Source: a virus (lineage: Duplodnaviria; Caudoviricetes). From it: a stretch of DNA of 64,000 bases. The stretch spans positions 64,001 to 128,000 of the IMG/VR virus record IMGVR_UViG_3300007083_000004; one strand, 5' to 3'. Of the stretch, positions 9,889 to 22,200 are shown one piece after another. The notes under the pieces were generated by a model. It did no database searches. It worked only from the letters and a program-made list of their open reading frames with translations, and was not told the origin of the DNA. The position numbers were made by a program, and so were the translations under genes. How positions within the stretch are numbered: the stretch's first letter is position 1; every line of letters starts with the position of its first letter.

Positions 9889-10688
9889 AAGATATTTATG
9901 TTAGTATCGATAGTGTATTCGATTTAAGACATGCTGCCATCAGTATTCTAAATGAAGAAATGGCTGATAATGTTGATTTTAAAAAATACCATTTAAGAAA
10001 ATGTGATATTTTTGAAGGCATAGATAAAAATAAGTTTGATAATCTAATAGAAAAGCATGGTAAATTATTATTGATAAACAGTTTGGTTACAAACATCTTT
10101 GAATTCCTGTATAATGTATTAAACGGAATTATGAAAGAAATTGTTTTAACCGAAATGAATAAATTTATTAAACCGACCGTTTGTATAAATATTTGGCCGT
10201 TCGAACTGACTGAAGAAGAAATACAGGAATTAAGAGTATTATCTTACATCAAACTAAAAGGTATTATTGGTGTAGAGATAATAAATAAAGATATTAAAGA
10301 TTTAACTCCAGCATCTATGGAAGATAAATATCAAATGGTAATTATGTATAGATACGATAAATGGATAAATATACATAATACCGATTTGACTAAACACCAT
10401 AGACCTAAGTTATTATTGATTGGTCCGGCAATCTTTTTTGAAGGAGATCCCGATAAGACTCCCGAATTAATTACTCAAATGGATAAGGGTGTTAATCTGC
10501 TGCTTTTATTAGAGGCTGGTATATCTCCAATAATCATGCTAAAGTTAATAAACGTCGATGTTTTTAGTATTGCATATCCTGAAGAAGGTATGTTAGTATC
10601 TGAAGACTTTAATAATCAAGAACAATCTGCCAAAGATTTAGAAATATTCATGAAAGAATTGGAAGAAAAAAGAAATCAATTGGATTGA
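9885..10688 (+). CDS. Conserved jumbo-phage protein (phiKZ gp147-like, possible HAD-like N-terminus)
   Basis: IYVSIDSVFDLR, INIWPFELT; 267 aa. Confidence 0.6.
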   Translation: MKDIYVSIDSVFDLRHAAISILNEEMADNVDFKKYHLRKCDIFEGIDKNKFDNLIEKHGKLLLINSLVTNIFEFLYNVLNGIMKEIVLTEMNKFIKPTVCINIWPFELTEEEIQELRVLSYIKLKGIIGVEIINKDIKDLTPASMEDKYQMVIMYRYDKWINIHNTDLTKHHRPKLLLIGPAIFFEGDPDKTPELITQMDKGVNLLLLLEAGISPIIMLKLINVDVFSIAYPEEGMLVSEDFNNQEQSAKDLEIFMKELEEKRNQLD

Positions 10689-11110
10689 TTTGATTCCAAC
10701 CTGGATACAAAATCGTTTGTATTTTCTATATTTGAATAACTCTCCAATATAGATTCATCGATTTTTTTATTTAATATAGCCGGTAATTGTTTTTCTACGT
10801 TTTCATTATAACCCTTTACATCTTCTTTTCTCACTCTTTCATTCGATAAAGCTATTAGATATTTAGATAAAGCTTCAGATTCATTTGCTTTTGTTTCATT
10901 TTCTTTTTTCTTCTCATTTAGTTTTAAAATACCAAATGAATTTTTATCCATTGAATCCATGGCCATTAGAGCTGAATTCAATAACTTTACATCCTCATTA
11001 GCTATTGCTTTGTCAGTAATACTATTTATTACTTTCTTTCTTAATTCTTGAGTATATTTTAATTCATCGGTTTTTTCTATTAATGAATTTTCAGTAAAAT
11101 TATCGGCCAT
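10676..11110 (-). CDS. Hypothetical coiled-coil protein
   Basis: ORF track 10676..11146; ATG at 11110 follows a GGAG RBS. Confidence 0.65.
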   Translation of the reverse strand: MADNFTENSLIEKTDELKYTQELRKKVINSITDKAIANEDVKLLNSALMAMDSMDKNSFGILKLNEKKKENETKANESEALSKYLIALSNERVRKEDVKGYNENVEKQLPAILNKKIDESILESYSNIENTNDFVSRLESNQSN

Positions 11111-11149
11111 TTTAAGTATACTCCAGATTTTAAAATTTATTAACAAACA

Positions 11150-11164
11150 TATATTACTATAATG
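11150..11164 (+). promoter_or_regulatory. Putative early (virion RNAP) promoter
   Basis: TATATTAC-TATAA-TG; matches the phiKZ early motif TATATTAC. Confidence 0.65.
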
Positions 11165-11186
11165 AACGATTTTAGATTAAACTTCC

Positions 11187-11723
11187 ATGATTTTAAATAC
11201 AATCAAACGCTTTTATCGATCTATAATAGATAAAGTACAAAATCATGTTTTATGGAAATCTTTAGAACATGAAAAAACTATTATAGAATTAACTATATAC
11301 GATAAATTGAAATTAGCTATTGATAGAATAATAAACTCCGAACTGGATTTAAATAAAGATCCAAAGGGTTTAGGAATCGTAATTAGTTACTCAGAAAATA
11401 TCGTGGGGTTTACTAAATCATTAATTCAGATAAACTCCATATTAAAGGAGGATGGTTATGTAGTAAAAAGTAATCTATATTTAACGAGAACAAAAGAAAT
11501 CGATTTAGACTCTTTTATGTTTTCTAATAATGGAGTATATCTAAATCATCCTGATGTGGAATTAAATAAAGCCATAGAGCAACTTTTAATATACCATAAA
11601 TTAACTAATGGAATTGAAAATGAAACTCACGGAGTAAAAGAACATAATCATAGACAATTGTATAACTTTACTGTTAATACAACAGACTTGATAAATTCAT
11701 TATTTATCCACTTTGCAAAATAG
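11187..11723 (+). CDS. Hypothetical protein
   Basis: 178-aa ORF downstream of the early promoter. Confidence 0.7.
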   Translation: MILNTIKRFYRSIIDKVQNHVLWKSLEHEKTIIELTIYDKLKLAIDRIINSELDLNKDPKGLGIVISYSENIVGFTKSLIQINSILKEDGYVVKSNLYLTRTKEIDLDSFMFSNNGVYLNHPDVELNKAIEQLLIYHKLTNGIENETHGVKEHNHRQLYNFTVNTTDLINSLFIHFAK

Positions 11724-11775
11724 CAAAGTACATTTACGTTACTGATTTACAGTAACTTTTTTAAAGGAAAAGGAA

Positions 11776-12324
11776 ATGAGAACCAAAGAAAGCGGTGTTA
11801 AAGAAAGATTGTTTCGCAGAATGGAAGCGAACAAATTAGATATCTTCAACTTTCCAAGATCGCCTAAAAACATACTTTGGTATTTAACCCATAAATACCT
11901 ATACAATACCCTTGGTATATTTAAATTGGAAATCTGGGATCATTTGATAAAAAAATACATCAATGATCCTCGTTTTGTATTTCTGGATACAAACGAGAAA
12001 AAAACTAGTGCCAGAGGAAATATTACCAATCAAATTTGGTCTACTGATGAGAGTATGTCGGTTAATACTTTTATTAAAGCCGCCATTATTGCTGGTGTAA
12101 AGCAAGTCAATATGATTGTTGAATGGGAATTGGAAGACAGGAAAATAAGGGGTCATTTAAAATTCCCTTTAAGCGATGATGTGATAGTAACCGGACAGGA
12201 TCAAAAAGAATTAGATGAAAAAGAAAAGTTGATTGACAAAATCAATACCATTTTAAGTGATCCTGAAAAATTAGAGACCAAAGAACAAATATTGGATATT
12301 CTAAATAAACATGGTGAGGTGTGA
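11776..12324 (+). CDS. Conserved hypothetical jumbo-phage protein
   Basis: 182 aa; AAGGAA RBS; YINDP...KKTSARGNI. Confidence 0.7.
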   Translation: MRTKESGVKERLFRRMEANKLDIFNFPRSPKNILWYLTHKYLYNTLGIFKLEIWDHLIKKYINDPRFVFLDTNEKKTSARGNITNQIWSTDESMSVNTFIKAAIIAGVKQVNMIVEWELEDRKIRGHLKFPLSDDVIVTGQDQKELDEKEKLIDKINTILSDPEKLETKEQILDILNKHGEV

Positions 12325-12854
12325 TTATGATAAATCTAGATATTCACCCAAACCCACTGGAAGACGGTATAACGCATATCAACACACATAGTAAATGCAA
12401 AACTAAACTGGGTAGACTATTAGCTCCATCAGCTAGTATTGGTGAACCTATAGAGCATCCTTTATTGGGACCATTTCGTACTGTAGAAAATCTCTGGTAT
12501 TATTTAAATACTGGTGGTAATAGAGATCAAATACGTAATATGGAACCAAGAACTGCCAGAAGGTTTTTAAAGTTAGCCGAAAAGAAGTATTCGTGCGATA
12601 ACTTCAAGGAACTAATAACTGATGCTACCATTATTAAATTGCAATCCAATAGTTATTACGTCAACATGATATGTGAAAACGATTTGCCGTTTGATCATTA
12701 TTATCTCTTTGGTCCAGAAAGAGTGCCCATTAGACCCAGCCATTGTAATTTATATGTAGAAATACTAAACGATGTCAGGGATATATTAATGGGTAAGAAA
12801 ACTCATGAATTTGTTAAATTCAAAGATATTCATTTTGAATTATTAAATTCATAA
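12321..12854 (+). CDS. Hypothetical protein, possible distant NADAR-like fold
   Basis: DGITHINTHSKCKTKLGRLL...GPFRTVENLWYYL...LPFDHYY. Confidence 0.55.
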   Translation: MIMINLDIHPNPLEDGITHINTHSKCKTKLGRLLAPSASIGEPIEHPLLGPFRTVENLWYYLNTGGNRDQIRNMEPRTARRFLKLAEKKYSCDNFKELITDATIIKLQSNSYYVNMICENDLPFDHYYLFGPERVPIRPSHCNLYVEILNDVRDILMGKKTHEFVKFKDIHFELLNS

Positions 12855-12861
12855 TTTACAT

Positions 12862-12899
12862 TCATAGAGACTGTGGGTATATACCCACAGTCTCTATGA
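12862..12899. terminator. 38-bp perfect palindrome
   Basis: TCATAGAGACTGTGGGTAT/ATACCCACAGTCTCTATGA. Confidence 0.75.
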
Positions 12900-12930
12900 T
12901 GTGATTATATATTTTTTTGAGATTTTTATT

Positions 12931-14043
12931 ATGGCAAATTTAGCTAGTAGTGTATTTAGTAGAAAACCAGATGAACTGGCATTGGTGGCGGATATATATA
13001 AACAGTCTAATGCTGTTACGGTAAATAGTTATCAAGATAATTTATTTACTGCTCAAGATCAATTAAAAAATTTGTCTTTTGCCAGTCCCCTGAAATCAAA
13101 AGAAGGGTTATTAAGTAGTTTAAAATCGGCCAAAGATTCTGCCAAGGGAACAATCGGTGGTGCAGTCGATGATGTTAAATCTAAAGTATCTGAAATCAAC
13201 AGTACGATTAATGGCGCATTGGGTTCTAGTACAGGTAAAATTAAAACTCTTATAAATGATTCCAGAGGTTTTATTCAGGAATTTAATCCAGTTACTGGAA
13301 CTAATAATTTAGCTAATAATATCGGCTATACCGTAAATGGTATAAAACATGATATCATATCTAATAAAATAGGTCCTGTTAGATCGACATTAGATACGTT
13401 AAATGCTCTTTGTGGCGATGTAGATTATCTGATGAAAGCCGATGGTGTTATTGCCAATATACTATCGTCTTTATTAAATAACGCCAGTAATTTGGGAATA
13501 TTAAATGCATTTCAGGCCGCCGCTCTTTGTGGTCTTAGTAGTATAGGTGTAGATAATAAATATAAAGCCATTAACCAAATGACTTTAAATGTCTTACCTA
13601 ATTATTTAAATAACGCAGACGTTCAAAGTGTAGCATCGATTAGTTCATTTACTAATGATGGTTATGCAAATGCATTAAATGCCAGTTCCATTAAATACTT
13701 AAGTAAAAACGAAACAAAGTATAACGATTATGATTTCACTTGGTATAAAACACAATATTCTAAAATAGACCAGAATTGGAATAAATCGTACTTTAAAACA
13801 ATAGGATTAAATCTGGTTTATGATGATATATCCAAGTTAACAGAAGCCAGTGATTTAGTCAGAGATAAATTTGTAAAAGGAGCTCTGGCGTCTAGTGATC
13901 ATAATGATAAAATGTACGCTGTTTTAGATAAAATAAGAACGGAAGTAGATGTGGATGATGAAATAAGAAAATTATATCCATTTGGTAATATGGGTAAAAA
14001 TAAGAATTATATTGGTAGAGATTTACATCCTGGTATATGGTAG
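12931..14043 (+). CDS. Putative virion structural protein
   Basis: ORF 12901..14043; ATG at 12931 (MANLASSVF) more likely; lies in the tail gene block. Confidence 0.6.
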   Translation: MANLASSVFSRKPDELALVADIYKQSNAVTVNSYQDNLFTAQDQLKNLSFASPLKSKEGLLSSLKSAKDSAKGTIGGAVDDVKSKVSEINSTINGALGSSTGKIKTLINDSRGFIQEFNPVTGTNNLANNIGYTVNGIKHDIISNKIGPVRSTLDTLNALCGDVDYLMKADGVIANILSSLLNNASNLGILNAFQAAALCGLSSIGVDNKYKAINQMTLNVLPNYLNNADVQSVASISSFTNDGYANALNASSIKYLSKNETKYNDYDFTWYKTQYSKIDQNWNKSYFKTIGLNLVYDDISKLTEASDLVRDKFVKGALASSDHNDKMYAVLDKIRTEVDVDDEIRKLYPFGNMGKNKNYIGRDLHPGIW

Positions 14044-14049
14044 TTAATG

Positions 14050-14085
14050 ATAATCCATAGAGGGAACATTCCCTCTATGGATTAT
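14050..14085. terminator. Bidirectional terminator hairpin (17-bp stem)
   Basis: ATAATCCATAGAGGGAA-ca-TTCCCTCTATGGATTAT between convergent genes. Confidence 0.8.
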
Positions 14086-14110
14086 TTGTTTTTGTATAAT
14101 AGTTATAAAT

Positions 14111-16165
14111 TTAAGTATCCACACCTCTATAAAACATTTTAACAAGACTAAGTGGTGTACCATTTGCTACAAATGATGCCATATGTGAAGGACTAATCCA
14201 ACTCTTGAAATTGGCAATTTTTCTGGTAATATTACCTCTAAGCAATTTAGTCATATAAATATTATCGTCTAAATCTACTCCAGCCAATATATTCATGTAA
14301 TCAGTAAAGACAGTATGCTCATCAAATGTCCCTCTAAAGGGATTTAGTGAAAAATTCTCTGCAATTGGTATGTGCATTATGGAACTCAAATCCTTTACAG
14401 TAAAAGTAACTTCGATTCCCATGGCTTGCATATGTTTATTAAAAGGTAAATTTGTAGTACCCCTTCTAACCGATATAGAATCTATAATACCCAATCTGGT
14501 TTGTTGTTTACCCTTATCAAATAACTGACACAAAAATGGAGACGTATAAGATTGTTTACCAGTAGATCTAGGTAATGCACCAGCTAATATACAAAATAAA
14601 GGTATATACATATTAAACAATTGAGATAAAGGATTCCCATAAGGAGATACTAAACTCATTGTATAAGATTGACTGGGTAGTGAAGCAGAAGATGATTCCC
14701 ATCTATCTGGAATATCAACAAATGCAGCCCCACCCAATACAGCTAAACCGGAAATACCGAACGAATCTGTTACTCCGGCTGCAAAATTCTTGGCAGTCTC
14801 TACAACCGTTCCTATAGCTCCAGTTATGTTTCCACCAGATATATTAAACATTGCAGATCTAGCAGAAGAAGATGTAGAGTTTATAGTACCTGCTATATCA
14901 CTTTGTGTAGTGGAATTAGAAAAAGACTCTGACACTTCACCGGTGGAATTTACTCTTAAGCATATGAATAAGGCACCATCATCGAGTTCAGCCGAAGTTA
15001 ATTTTGCAAATCCCTGTTCTTCACTTATTTGTTTTTGTACATCTCCAGTAGCTGCGTTAGAATATTTAATGGTATAATCATCATCTACAGTATAATCGTC
15101 AGCCAATGGTAATTCCGGTGCCATGTTTATTAAAGTAGAATCTACATTGGCTTTTTGTACTCCCTGGGTTTCAGGTGGGGTTGTAGCAGTATTATCTGTA
15201 GAACTTGGAGCATATTTATCTTCTTTTGAAAGAAACGTATCTTGATATTTCTTCCACGTACCATCTAAACCCAGATCGCCATAAGGACCTACGGCTCCAA
15301 TGTCGCCGGATCTTACCATTTGTCTAAATTTACTAGATACTGCATCAAAGGTTATTTTTTTATCTTTACCACTTAATAAACTTTCCAATCTTTTCATATA
15401 TAATCTCTTCCTACGATGAGAAAGTGTAGCATATCTATATATGTCTATATGTCCAGTTTCATCTATTATTTCTAAAACTTCAGACATTTTCTTTAATTCT
15501 TCTTGTGTATAGTTATTAAACTGATTAGCTTTTTGATTAACATCACTCGTCCAGACTCTGGGTATTATGCCCCTTTCTACAGCATAATGGTTTACCATTG
15601 TAGTTACAGTATTCCAGTATAATCTCATGGCCTGATCAAAATAATAGTATTTTGATCCTGTATGTCCTGTAAGGAATCTAACTAAAGGTATACCTATGGC
15701 AGCAGCCAGCATTATTGGATTATACAATACTATATTTAATACTATTAATGAACCTGCGGCTCTACCAAACCAATATGCCATACCAGGATTTGTTCTACCT
15801 GTATTAGCTAAAATACCAGCTTGAGCATTATAAAATCCAGTAAAAAACTGATTCATGTTATTAAATTTTGGTATACCGAAACTCAAATATATTTTTTGTT
15901 GTGTTAAACCAAATGTTTCATCGTGATATCTACCTACTCCCAACGTAGTATTATTAAAAAAATTAGGTTGTCTTTTTATATCACAATGTCTGGTAAATTG
16001 AGGTAACGGATTTAAAACTTCAGCTCCACCAGGAGATGTGTCAAATGGTCTAGCTATTACTTCTGTAAACAATGCTTCTTCTACTAATCTCTTATCATCT
16101 ACACCTTCCGTTGCCATCATGAAGGATCTTTTTAACCATTTATCCGATTTAGTAATAACGGCCAT
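14111..16165 (-). CDS. Tail/baseplate structural protein (phiKZ gp182-like)
   Basis: 684 aa; SPYGNPLS, LPRSTGKQSYTSPF, LGIIDSISVRRG; directly downstream of the gp181-like gene. Confidence 0.75.
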   Translation of the reverse strand: MAVITKSDKWLKRSFMMATEGVDDKRLVEEALFTEVIARPFDTSPGGAEVLNPLPQFTRHCDIKRQPNFFNNTTLGVGRYHDETFGLTQQKIYLSFGIPKFNNMNQFFTGFYNAQAGILANTGRTNPGMAYWFGRAAGSLIVLNIVLYNPIMLAAAIGIPLVRFLTGHTGSKYYYFDQAMRLYWNTVTTMVNHYAVERGIIPRVWTSDVNQKANQFNNYTQEELKKMSEVLEIIDETGHIDIYRYATLSHRRKRLYMKRLESLLSGKDKKITFDAVSSKFRQMVRSGDIGAVGPYGDLGLDGTWKKYQDTFLSKEDKYAPSSTDNTATTPPETQGVQKANVDSTLINMAPELPLADDYTVDDDYTIKYSNAATGDVQKQISEEQGFAKLTSAELDDGALFICLRVNSTGEVSESFSNSTTQSDIAGTINSTSSSARSAMFNISGGNITGAIGTVVETAKNFAAGVTDSFGISGLAVLGGAAFVDIPDRWESSSASLPSQSYTMSLVSPYGNPLSQLFNMYIPLFCILAGALPRSTGKQSYTSPFLCQLFDKGKQQTRLGIIDSISVRRGTTNLPFNKHMQAMGIEVTFTVKDLSSIMHIPIAENFSLNPFRGTFDEHTVFTDYMNILAGVDLDDNIYMTKLLRGNITRKIANFKSWISPSHMASFVANGTPLSLVKMFYRGVDT

Positions 16166-16204
16166 ATTTCACTCTTTTTAGCATATGTTATAAATAAATG
16201 TCAC

Positions 16205-16240
16205 ACTATGGTGAGAGAGGATATCCTCTCTCACCATAGT
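16205..16240. terminator. 36-bp perfect palindrome
   Basis: ACTATGGTGAGAGAGGAT/ATCCTCTCTCACCATAGT. Confidence 0.75.
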
Positions 16241-16249
16241 CATTTATGC

Positions 16250-19200
16250 TCATGCCGGAGCATATCTTCTATTAAAACTACTGGTTTGTCCAGTCATAGG
16301 AGACGGACTTCTATTTTGTCTGGTATTTCTGATAGGTTGTTTATCTACATTAAATACTCCGGATAGTCTTTCGGGCAATGTATCCACCCCATCGACTATT
16401 CTACGTAATAATGTAGTTTGTTCTTTAGATTCTTCCAGGGATTCTTTAAAAACACTAATGGAATCACCCAAATTCATTATAGATTGTTTTTGTTGATATT
16501 CTTGTGAAGTAGTACTACGAGTAGTATTTGCGTATACAGGAGCTTCTGAGGTAGTTTGAGTGACTCTGGGAGCATTTAACACGCTTTTAGGAGTAATCGC
16601 ATCTACCCTAACAGCTTCTTCCTTCATTTGTTCTTCTGTTTTAGGTATTGGTCCTACATTTGGATTATTCTCTAACGACTCATTGGGTAGAACATCTGCT
16701 AATGTAGTTTCTTTAAAAGGTCCTTCGGGTTTAGTTAATTCTCCAGATTGAACTACTCCTTTACCGTATGGACTTTCTTCTTTAGTCTCAGGTTCTTTAC
16801 CAGCTAACTTGGAATCTGCTTCAGAAAAACTGGTTATTCCTATAGTTTCGCCAGTAGCAGGATTTACTTGAGAATATGCATCGCTTTCTACATCTATGGA
16901 TTCATTTGTTTGATTTGATTGTAAGAAATCTGCATCTGTAATACCCCTGGTCTTTAATGCGTTACTTAATTTAGCAGTAAAGTCATTATAGATTTGAGAT
17001 AAAGTTTTGGGGTTTCCATTTTTATCATAAAAGACAGGTCTATTGGCTCCAGCAGCTTTAGGAAATTGTTGAGCTCCTAATGCATTTGGATTCTTATCCA
17101 TTGTAGATAAAAACGCACCAGCACCACCTAAACCCATGAAATGGGCCATGTATGCATCTGTAGCTGTAGGTTGTCTTTTTAATCTTTTCTTTAATCCTTG
17201 CACATTTTCATTTAAAAATTCTCCCCCTAATAGAGCATTTGCTCTAGGATCGAATTGATGTGCATCTTTAGATATGCCCCATTTACTGGCATATTTGTCT
17301 TTCATTGTTTTCCATGTACTGTTTATGAATTGAAATAATCCACTGGCAGTACTGGTACCTGCTTTAGCTGTATAATGATAATTAGATTCTATTGCAGCTA
17401 TCATGGCGGCTAATTTAGGATCTATTCCCACCTTTTTAGCAGCAGCGATAATCGTATCTTTTACTAAAGCCCAATTAGCCTTTCCTTCCTTTTTACTGGT
17501 TTGTCCTAGTGGCATAGGGATATCCTTAATATCCCCACCTGAACTAACAGCAGAACCAACATCTATAGGTATACCTGGTTTAACTGGTACAGAAAGACCT
17601 GTCGATTTGGGCTGTTGATTTCCAGATAGTCCGGAAAATGAACTTGATCCAGCCGTTGGCTTTTGTAAAATATCAGGAGTATTTTGTTGAACGTTTTCTT
17701 CTTCTAATATCTTTAATTGTTTTTCATATGCAGAAATTTTATTAGCATGACCACGTCGTTCTTTTAAGTTAAGTTTCATTTCTTTCATTGCTTTTTTACT
17801 TTCTTCTATTTTTTTCAATAACTCTTCTTTTTCCAAATTACTGGCATCTATTTCTACTTTTCTATGTAAAGCAGCGCCACCTTCAGTTTCTGCAAAACCA
17901 GTCGGGGCGATACCTTCTTTACCTGAATATTTACTTATGATTGTTTTAATAAAGTCTGATACTATTTGAGGTCCATTAATGGTAAACCCCATTGGAGTTT
18001 CATTGAAGCTGTAATATTCATAAGGTACTCTTAGGTTCTCTAAATATTGTTTTGCTTCTTTAGTTTTTAATTTCTCTACTTCTTCTAGAGTTACTGGAAA
18101 GCCTAGTGTTTTTAAAACTTCTAAATGGTTTAAATAAATTTTAATAAATCTCTTATTAAACCAATCTTGAAAGATTCTAATTTTAAAGCCATCATTGGGA
18201 TCTATTTCAAATATATTTAAAAATCCCATTTGTTCTTTAACTATATTGTCTTTATTTACAGCAAAATTATTGCCATTAAGAATAACATGTTTTTTTACCA
18301 TGCTTTCTAACATCTTCATGTTTTTAAAGGCTTTACTATCATCGACATTAAAACCATATTGAATCATTCTTACTTTTTCTAGATCATTAGGTTTACCATC
18401 TTTGTACCACTTATAAGCTGTATAACCCAATTCTGCTGCTAATAAAGCCCACCCGACTGGTCCTGTAAAAACCCTGGCAGCACCTAATAGTACTCTACCT
18501 GCTGTAGGTAATATCTTTAAACCTAAACTAGCTGCTTTACCTCCGTAGGATTTAGCTATAGATAAACCTCTTGATAAGTATCCTCCGGCTTTAGCTCCTA
18601 CTTTAGCGCCTACACCTTTTACTTTATCTAAAGCCGACGAACCAAGACCTTTTATTTTATCCCAGGCTGATCCAGCAAATTTTCTGGCTTTATCTACTCC
18701 AGAACTCGCTGCATCTGTTGCTGATTTAAAGAAGTTTTTTATTTTATCAGCTTGTCTTCCCAAGAAACCTTTTGGTTTAGGAGTTGTGCCTGGCTTAGGA
18801 GAAGATTTATTTAATCTAGGATCTAATCCAGGATCTAAGACATCTTCCATTATAGATCCGGTTCCAGCAGTCATGCCCCCTAATCCAGCCAAACCGGCTA
18901 GACCTAAACCACCTAAACCCAAAGATGCACTTAAATTACCTAAATCAAATCCACCATCTGGATCATCAAAATCGTTTACAGGATTATATATAGATGACAT
19001 CATGTCGTTAGCATCGTCTTCCCCTTCTTTAGGTCCTCCCATGCCATCCAGCATTCCATCTAAACCACCGGCTTTAGCTCCTACACCAGTCATCATGGCA
19101 CCAGCACCTAATAGACCGGCAATCAACCCAGCTTTACCACCTCTGGTTTTGGGCATTATTTTACCCAAACCACCTTTTATAACACCACCAGCAGCTTGAG

Positions 19201-22200
19201 CCATGGTAGCCATTTTACCAGCTAAAAGCGTGGTAACGCGATTTAAAAATAATCCCTTAACCATCTTACCAAAGCCAAAGAACATCAATTTAGATAAACC
19301 AAATATACCTTTAGCTAACGGTTTGATTCCCCATCTAAATGTAGTTTTAAGTAATGGTCCTAAAACATGTTTAAAAGTAGCTTTTAATGTTTTACCTATA
19401 CCCAATGCCAGTAAAGTAACCAAACCTGGTATAAGACCATTTTGAAAATGTTTACCCAATGCTCCCATTTTACCCAAGAGCATATTTTTCAAACCTGATA
19501 ATAGACCACCTTTTTCTTTACCATTTTTATCTATTATTGGATTTCCATTTTCATCTATAGATAATCCAGATCTTTTATTTCTTAAATCATCAATAGAACC
19601 TTCTCTTATTCCATCGCCATCCCAATCATAAAATTTCTTTTGTTCTGGTTCAGGCAATCTTTCCCTTAAGGTATTTACTATTTCATGTAAACCTTTTCTC
19701 ATTACGTCAGTAGTAGGATCTAAATACAATTCTTTCTTTTTATCCCATTTATCGTCTTTGAATTCATTATATTTTTTATTTAAAGATGCCAATTTTTCAC
19801 GAGCTTTATTTTCAACATCTTGCAATTTACTTTGTAAATTGTCTTTAAAAGAATCGACACCGCCTTTATTTTCATCTATTTTATTTCTACCCCATAACCA
19901 ACCTTTACCACCTAGTTTCTTTATGCCTTCTATACCTTTAGATATTCCTGTTCTTATTGCACCAGGTTCATAAGTATAATCATCAGTAAAAGTTTCTGAA
20001 ACTATTGGCCGATCGGTAAATTTATTTAATAATAACTTATATATAGCTATAAGTATACTATTGGTTTTTTTGATACCCTTACCCATTCCAATGGAAATAT
20101 CAAACGGGTTTTTAACTGTGTCAACGATACCTTTTCCGACAGACCTGGTTTTATCCCAAACCTTGCCGTAAAATCTTTTCATGACATTGGCTTGATCTTT
20201 AACCCACTCCAACGCTTTTTCTACACCGGTTACTAAAGGTTTACCTTCTTTATTTACTAAACCTTTTTTCATGTCCTCTGTAGATAGAACAACATTGCCT
20301 TCAATATCTACTATATCGCCACCTATTTCGGATATACGAGTGATTGGTTTTCCTGTTTTCTTATCATAATAACCACCATTGGCTAAAACTCTTTTTAATA
20401 AAACGGGTACATTTAAGTTATCAGCTAAATAAACATCTTGCTGCTCTTTAGTTAACCAATCAAAAGTTTTTCTTGCATACTTAAGGCTATACTTAAAAGA
20501 AGAACGAACTTGACCAATAGTTCTATCGGTAGCTTCTTTAACTATATTAAAGCTTTTTAATGCTACCTTTTTAGCCCAATCTAAAGATCCAGCTAAAATG
20601 GATTTAGTTCTTTCCAGGTTCTTTAATAATGAATCTTTTATTTCGCTGGCATATAAAACTATTTCACCAGTATCTATATCTTTTATATCACCAGTTATAT
20701 CTTCAAATTTTTCTATTATTTTACCTGTAGATACATCTATATATCTACCAGCTTTTAATTTAGATGATTTTAATCTGGGTTCTATTTCATTACCAACAAA
20801 TAAATCAAATCTTTCTTTTGTTCTTGATAACAAATCTATAGATTTATTTATCGTGGATTTACCTACATCATAGGTTTTACTAATAGTTTTATTAGTAAGT
20901 TTTCTAATAAATCCTAAACCGGAATTTAACTTATTATATCCTTTACCTATCAATTTACCAAATTTACCAACATAATTAATTCTTCTATTTTTGATGTATT
21001 CATCTATATCTTCAGGTGAAATAGATCCAAAATCTAAACCACCAGATTTTTTTATATCTTTTAATATATCTCTAATCTCTGTTAACAGATCTCTAGAATT
21101 GGTTTCTCTAATAGTAGATTCTAATTTTATAATATTGGATTCACCGATTTCTACGTTCGATTTAATTTTAGATAATTCTTTTAAATTATCCTCTTTTAGC
21201 TTCAATGCTTCTTTTAGTTCATTAACATCATTAGAATCTTTAGATGTTTCATCTTTTCTATTAAACAGTTTCTTAAAAAAACCTTTTTTTGAATTAGGAG
21301 TAGATTGACGTCTATTAGAAAATTCTGGCAATTCACCACTAATCTCTATTTGTCTAATCCTATCTTGATCTATGTCTCTTGTTTCAGGATCCAATATTCC
21401 TAAATCTATTAGATCACCATGTTTACCGTTGTTAATTAAATATTGAATTTTTTCAGTAACATTTGATCTATTTTTACCTAACTCATGAAAGTATTTAGAT
21501 AACTGATGGATTTGTTCGTTATCTTTATCATAAGTAATTAAATCCTTTAGTTTATTCTCTAATGTTAATGATCTTAAATTACCAGATAGTTTTAATATAT
21601 TTTCTTTATTAAAGAAAATATTATTATCATTAGCGTTATAGATTTGAGTTAATAAGTCTTCCTTTTCTTCTTTTGTTAATTTATTCTCAGGATCTAATTT
21701 ATTAAAGATTTTTTCAGATGTATATTTATTACTCTCATAAGCCGATTTACTAAAAATAGATTCTAACTTAGTTCTGGTAGCTGCCTTTTTACCTACAAAC
21801 CTGCCGGACGTTAAATCATATTCCAATTCATCTGCTTGAGTATCTCCCGTTCTGAGAGTATAAATTTCTTTATGAATTTTAGCCAGGTATTTTGGTATTA
21901 TTACATTTAAAGATAAATGTGATCTACTATCCCATGGTTTAGTTCTATCTAAATCTTCTTCTTTTGTTAGTTCGACAGTAGCGTTTATTCTTTCTGGCGC
22001 TAATATTTGTTTTAAAAAGTCCGGTGTATAATCTCCCAGCTTACCATTATTTATATTTTCATTTACGTATTGTGGTAAATTAGAAAATATTTGATTTAAT
22101 TTTCTACCGGTTTTCAATACATTTGAATTGTCTTTAATTTTGCTTCTAACAAAATTGGCAGTTTTATCCCTTACCGCACTACCAGCCACACCACCAGTTA

